Source of the DNA: Salisapilia sapeloensis CBS 127946
Taxonomy: Eukaryota > Protista > Oomycota
Direction: 5' to 3'
Length of the DNA stretch: 59,297 nucleotides
Assembly: GCA_023334545.1 (NCBI GenBank)
Contig: JAADVB010000102.1
Span: 1 to 59,297 of the forward strand
Below are positions 56,663-59,297 of the stretch, in pieces. A program made the translations under genes and the position numbers. Numbering within the stretch: the stretch's first letter is position 1; every line of letters starts with the position of its first letter. A model generated the notes under the pieces. That model was not told where the DNA came from, did no database searches, and saw only the letters and a program-made list of their open reading frames with translations.

Positions 56663-58756
56663 CTACTGGATGGAAAATCCACACACGTCCGTCTGTGTTA
56701 GTAGATCCAGTGCCTCTGCTACTTCCTTCTCACTCTTGTACACTGGTAGATCCAAACGGTTAAAGCACGTATACGCTCTCAAGTACTCGCACTCGCTCTT
56801 TGGTAGACAGTTGATCGTAAAGGGACACAGTCGTCCTTCACTCGTGGTCAGAGCTTTGAATCCTTGGACAGGCACTCGACCTGAACCAGTGGCAAAGCGA
56901 AGGATGAGCGACTGCTGCTCCTGTGTCATGTTCTCCAACGTCCTCCAGAACCATCGGAGCAACTTGGACTGGCGCGACTTGCGACCAGTAACCAACGTAT
57001 GCTTCTCCCAGTCGCTTACATCCAGCACTGGTGTGCCACTTAGGAGTAGTCGTAGTTCCTGATGATCAAACGGAGCTAACATGTGCATCGGAAGTACATC
57101 GTAGACACCACTCACGAGCGCAGCTATCTCTTTTCTAGTCTTATCGGCCAACTGCCACTGGACAAAGAGCCGTATGTATTCTCGCTTGTTTGTTTCAGTC
57201 ACAGCTTCATGTCGTCCATTGGGCTTTAGATCCACGATCCCATGCGCTGTCTCGTAGACGGAAAAGTCGAGTGCATAAGGATCATCTTCATCGTCATTTT
57301 CTGCAAGTGGCATCGACCACAAGAGCTCGAGGCTGTGTCCTAGCTTATGATCAGAAGCCATCACGTCGCTGAATGACAGTGGAGCGCTAAGGATGTGCTT
57401 GTACAGTGCATCGGTGAGTGGCACGGGCACGAGCTGTCCTTCCAAAAGCGCCTTGCCAATCAACCGACCGAATGCACGATAATATGGTAAATGGTCTTGG
57501 ACTCCAATGCAAGCACTCGGGTTGATATCGTAGCGAAGACCATCGTCTGAAGTATTGATAGGTGTAAACAGCCCTGTAGTCGGATCTAGGAAGCTCATGA
57601 CCGCCAGGTCGAACCACTCTCGTACGATCCCACCAGCGTCGATACCAGGTTCATTGGCAAACCGTACACGAAGTGGGTTCTGCAGTTGCGTCTTAGTCAG
57701 ACTTGATATTTGGTTCATAGTCGTCCCGACAATATTGTTTCTATCCACTCGTATAAAGTCTCTTCCGGCGCTTGATAGAGCAGTGCTTTCCCATCTCGAA
57801 TGCAATACGGACGAAGTTTCTTGCATGAACCAACGATGTTTCTGTGGAAACGAAAGTCCTCGGATAGATTCAATCGCCAACGAGTCGATGGCAAGTGCAC
57901 TAGGATGATCCTTCCGGGTTGGAACATACACTGGTGTCTGAAGCGCAGGTCCGACCGTCATTAAGCCGAAAGGATTATGAGAGGAAGTGTGCACTCGACT
58001 AACAAAGGCTGTGGCGGGTGTCAACATAGAAGACTTGGTCTCGACATCAAAGCTTGGCATGTGCCATGACCAGACGATTGACTTATCCGCCTGCAGCGCA
58101 GGTCGCCACTCATGTCGATTTGACTGCTCGTGGTGCTCCAAGATGGATATCGGCGTCGAAGCACTACCTGCATCTGCGTCTGGGATGAAAAAAGGAGAGG
58201 ACGTTGGACCTTGCTCTGGCGGTGGAGACTGTGGCATACTCCGCCATGAGGGAAAGGCGGACTCAATCGTCGCTGTCGTATCGTACGAACCAGCCAGAAC
58301 GTTTGGATCTGTTTCTTTCGGACTATTGAACCCCGCAGGCGGCAAGATCGTCGCGCGGTTCAGTCGTTCATGTCCGCATAAAGTACAGTGTGTCTTCTGC
58401 TCATAGTTTGCAAAGTCGCAGTTCCCACATGTCCACAGGCGCATCATCTCTTCGTCGTCCAGTAAGTCCTGTCGGAAGGCGCCATTGGATCGCACGAACT
58501 CGCTGCCAGGTCGATGGTGTTCAGAGGGACAGCACGTGATATAGTTCGATACCATCGTGTACGCTGCTGCGCATATACCGAGTATTAGGATGGCGAAAAA
58601 GACACCAAGAACGATCGTGACTTTCAGGGCAGATTCAGCATCCGATTCATGCGATGAGGATGACTTGCTGTCGCTATCGAACGCATTGACGCTCGTCAAG
58701 AAGCACGATACCAAGGTAAGTACAACGTAAACTGCGGACCAGTCGCACGCTTTCAT
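56663..58756 (-). CDS. Type-I membrane HECT E3 ligase: signal peptide + short ectodomain + TM + RanBP2/NZF finger + HECT (intronless)
   Basis: MKACDWSAVYVVLTLVSCFLTSVNA signal. TM VTIVLGVFFAILILGICAAAY. Exact W-x-C-x2-C-x3-N-x6-C-x2-C finger (WTCGNCDFANYEQKTHCTLC). PGIDAGGIVREWF and catalytic YTCFNRLDLP. The start could alternatively be at 58909. Confidence 0.9.
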   Translation of the reverse strand: MKACDWSAVYVVLTLVSCFLTSVNAFDSDSKSSSSHESDAESALKVTIVLGVFFAILILGICAAAYTMVSNYITCCPSEHHRPGSEFVRSNGAFRQDLLDDEEMMRLWTCGNCDFANYEQKTHCTLCGHERLNRATILPPAGFNSPKETDPNVLAGSYDTTATIESAFPSWRSMPQSPPPEQGPTSSPFFIPDADAGSASTPISILEHHEQSNRHEWRPALQADKSIVWSWHMPSFDVETKSSMLTPATAFVSRVHTSSHNPFGLMTVGPALQTPVYVPTRKDHPSALAIDSLAIESIRGLSFPQKHRWFMQETSSVLHSRWESTALSSAGRDFIRVDRNNIVGTTMNQISSLTKTQLQNPLRVRFANEPGIDAGGIVREWFDLAVMSFLDPTTGLFTPINTSDDGLRYDINPSACIGVQDHLPYYRAFGRLIGKALLEGQLVPVPLTDALYKHILSAPLSFSDVMASDHKLGHSLELLWSMPLAENDDEDDPYALDFSVYETAHGIVDLKPNGRHEAVTETNKREYIRLFVQWQLADKTRKEIAALVSGVYDVLPMHMLAPFDHQELRLLLSGTPVLDVSDWEKHTLVTGRKSRQSKLLRWFWRTLENMTQEQQSLILRFATGSGRVPVQGFKALTTSEGRLCPFTINCLPKSECEYLRAYTCFNRLDLPVYKSEKEVAEALDLLTQTDVCGFSIQ

Positions 58757-59297
58757 CTCACTAACTAATTGATGCTGACAATCAGTCGAGACGTGCGGAT
58801 GGCAAAGTGCTGCCAGAGTGAAACAAACGCATTGCCAAAGAGTCGGGCTTAGATCCCAAGGTCCCTTCCAGCCAAAACTTAGGCAAGATGCTGCGAATGT
58901 GCTCACCAAGCGCGCCGAGTATGGACAGCAGAGAGGCGGAAGCGACGGTCGGAGGTTCTGGGCATGTTCCGAGCTCTATGAATCGATTGCCTAATGATGA
59001 TGTAGCGGTCAGCGATGTGATTTGATGATCAAAGGCGAAACCGTCGGTCCGCGTCCGTCGTGTCCGCCAAGGTAATTATTGCGTGTGGTAGACTGTCTGT
59101 AACAAAGTAATAGAGCACATCCAGATATTCGCATGTACCATTGCCTTTCGTTTATGAAGTTCATCCATGCAGGTAAATCGAATCTTAGTAGATAATAGAC
59201 GAGTATGTATAGACTAGTAGTGAAAAGCCAATACAAGGAGTTCAAGAGAAATAAAAGTCTATTGATGGATACTTGTTCTAGGTTACCATGAGATCAC

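Noticed and set aside
59009-59245. 78-aa minus-strand ORF at the window end
   Set aside because: AT-rich, no recognisable motif; most likely upstream noncoding DNA of the HECT gene.

Overview
Ultra-compact, intron-rich eukaryotic genomic DNA, most consistent with a flagellated oomycete or close pseudofungal stramenopile. This is inferred from gene families (oomycete-type delta-5 desaturase, TM-ZnF-HECT ligases, flagellar genes), not from a marker gene. By manual GT-AG splicing I resolve 38 protein-coding gene models in 59.3 kb (about 1 per 1.6 kb). Introns are mostly 50-75 nt, and several head-to-head spacers are only 80-190 bp. Most genes are conserved housekeeping, mitochondrial, trafficking or flagellar genes: SERP1, MANF, ArfGAP, RagA, GIGYF, RBX1, DNALI1, CFAP91, GRX5, CDC5L, PP2A-B55, PPOX, OXA1, MLYCD. 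I found no rRNA, tRNA, CRISPR array or intact transposon. The most interesting items are: (1) an 8-exon gene, fragmented in the ORF track, fusing DEK-C + a QW-motif alpha/alpha-barrel-like region + TFIIS-N; (2) a mitochondrial ferredoxin-fold protein lacking all four Fe-S cysteines, a candidate complex I bridge subunit; (3) two membrane-anchored RanBP2/NZF-HECT ligases, one receptor-like; (4) a PPPDE/DeSI peptidase with both SHP and VIM p97-binding motifs; (5) a 56-aa spliced microprotein gene absent from the ORF track; (6) a candidate SLF2/Nse6 homolog. All family assignments are from recalled motifs, not database searches.
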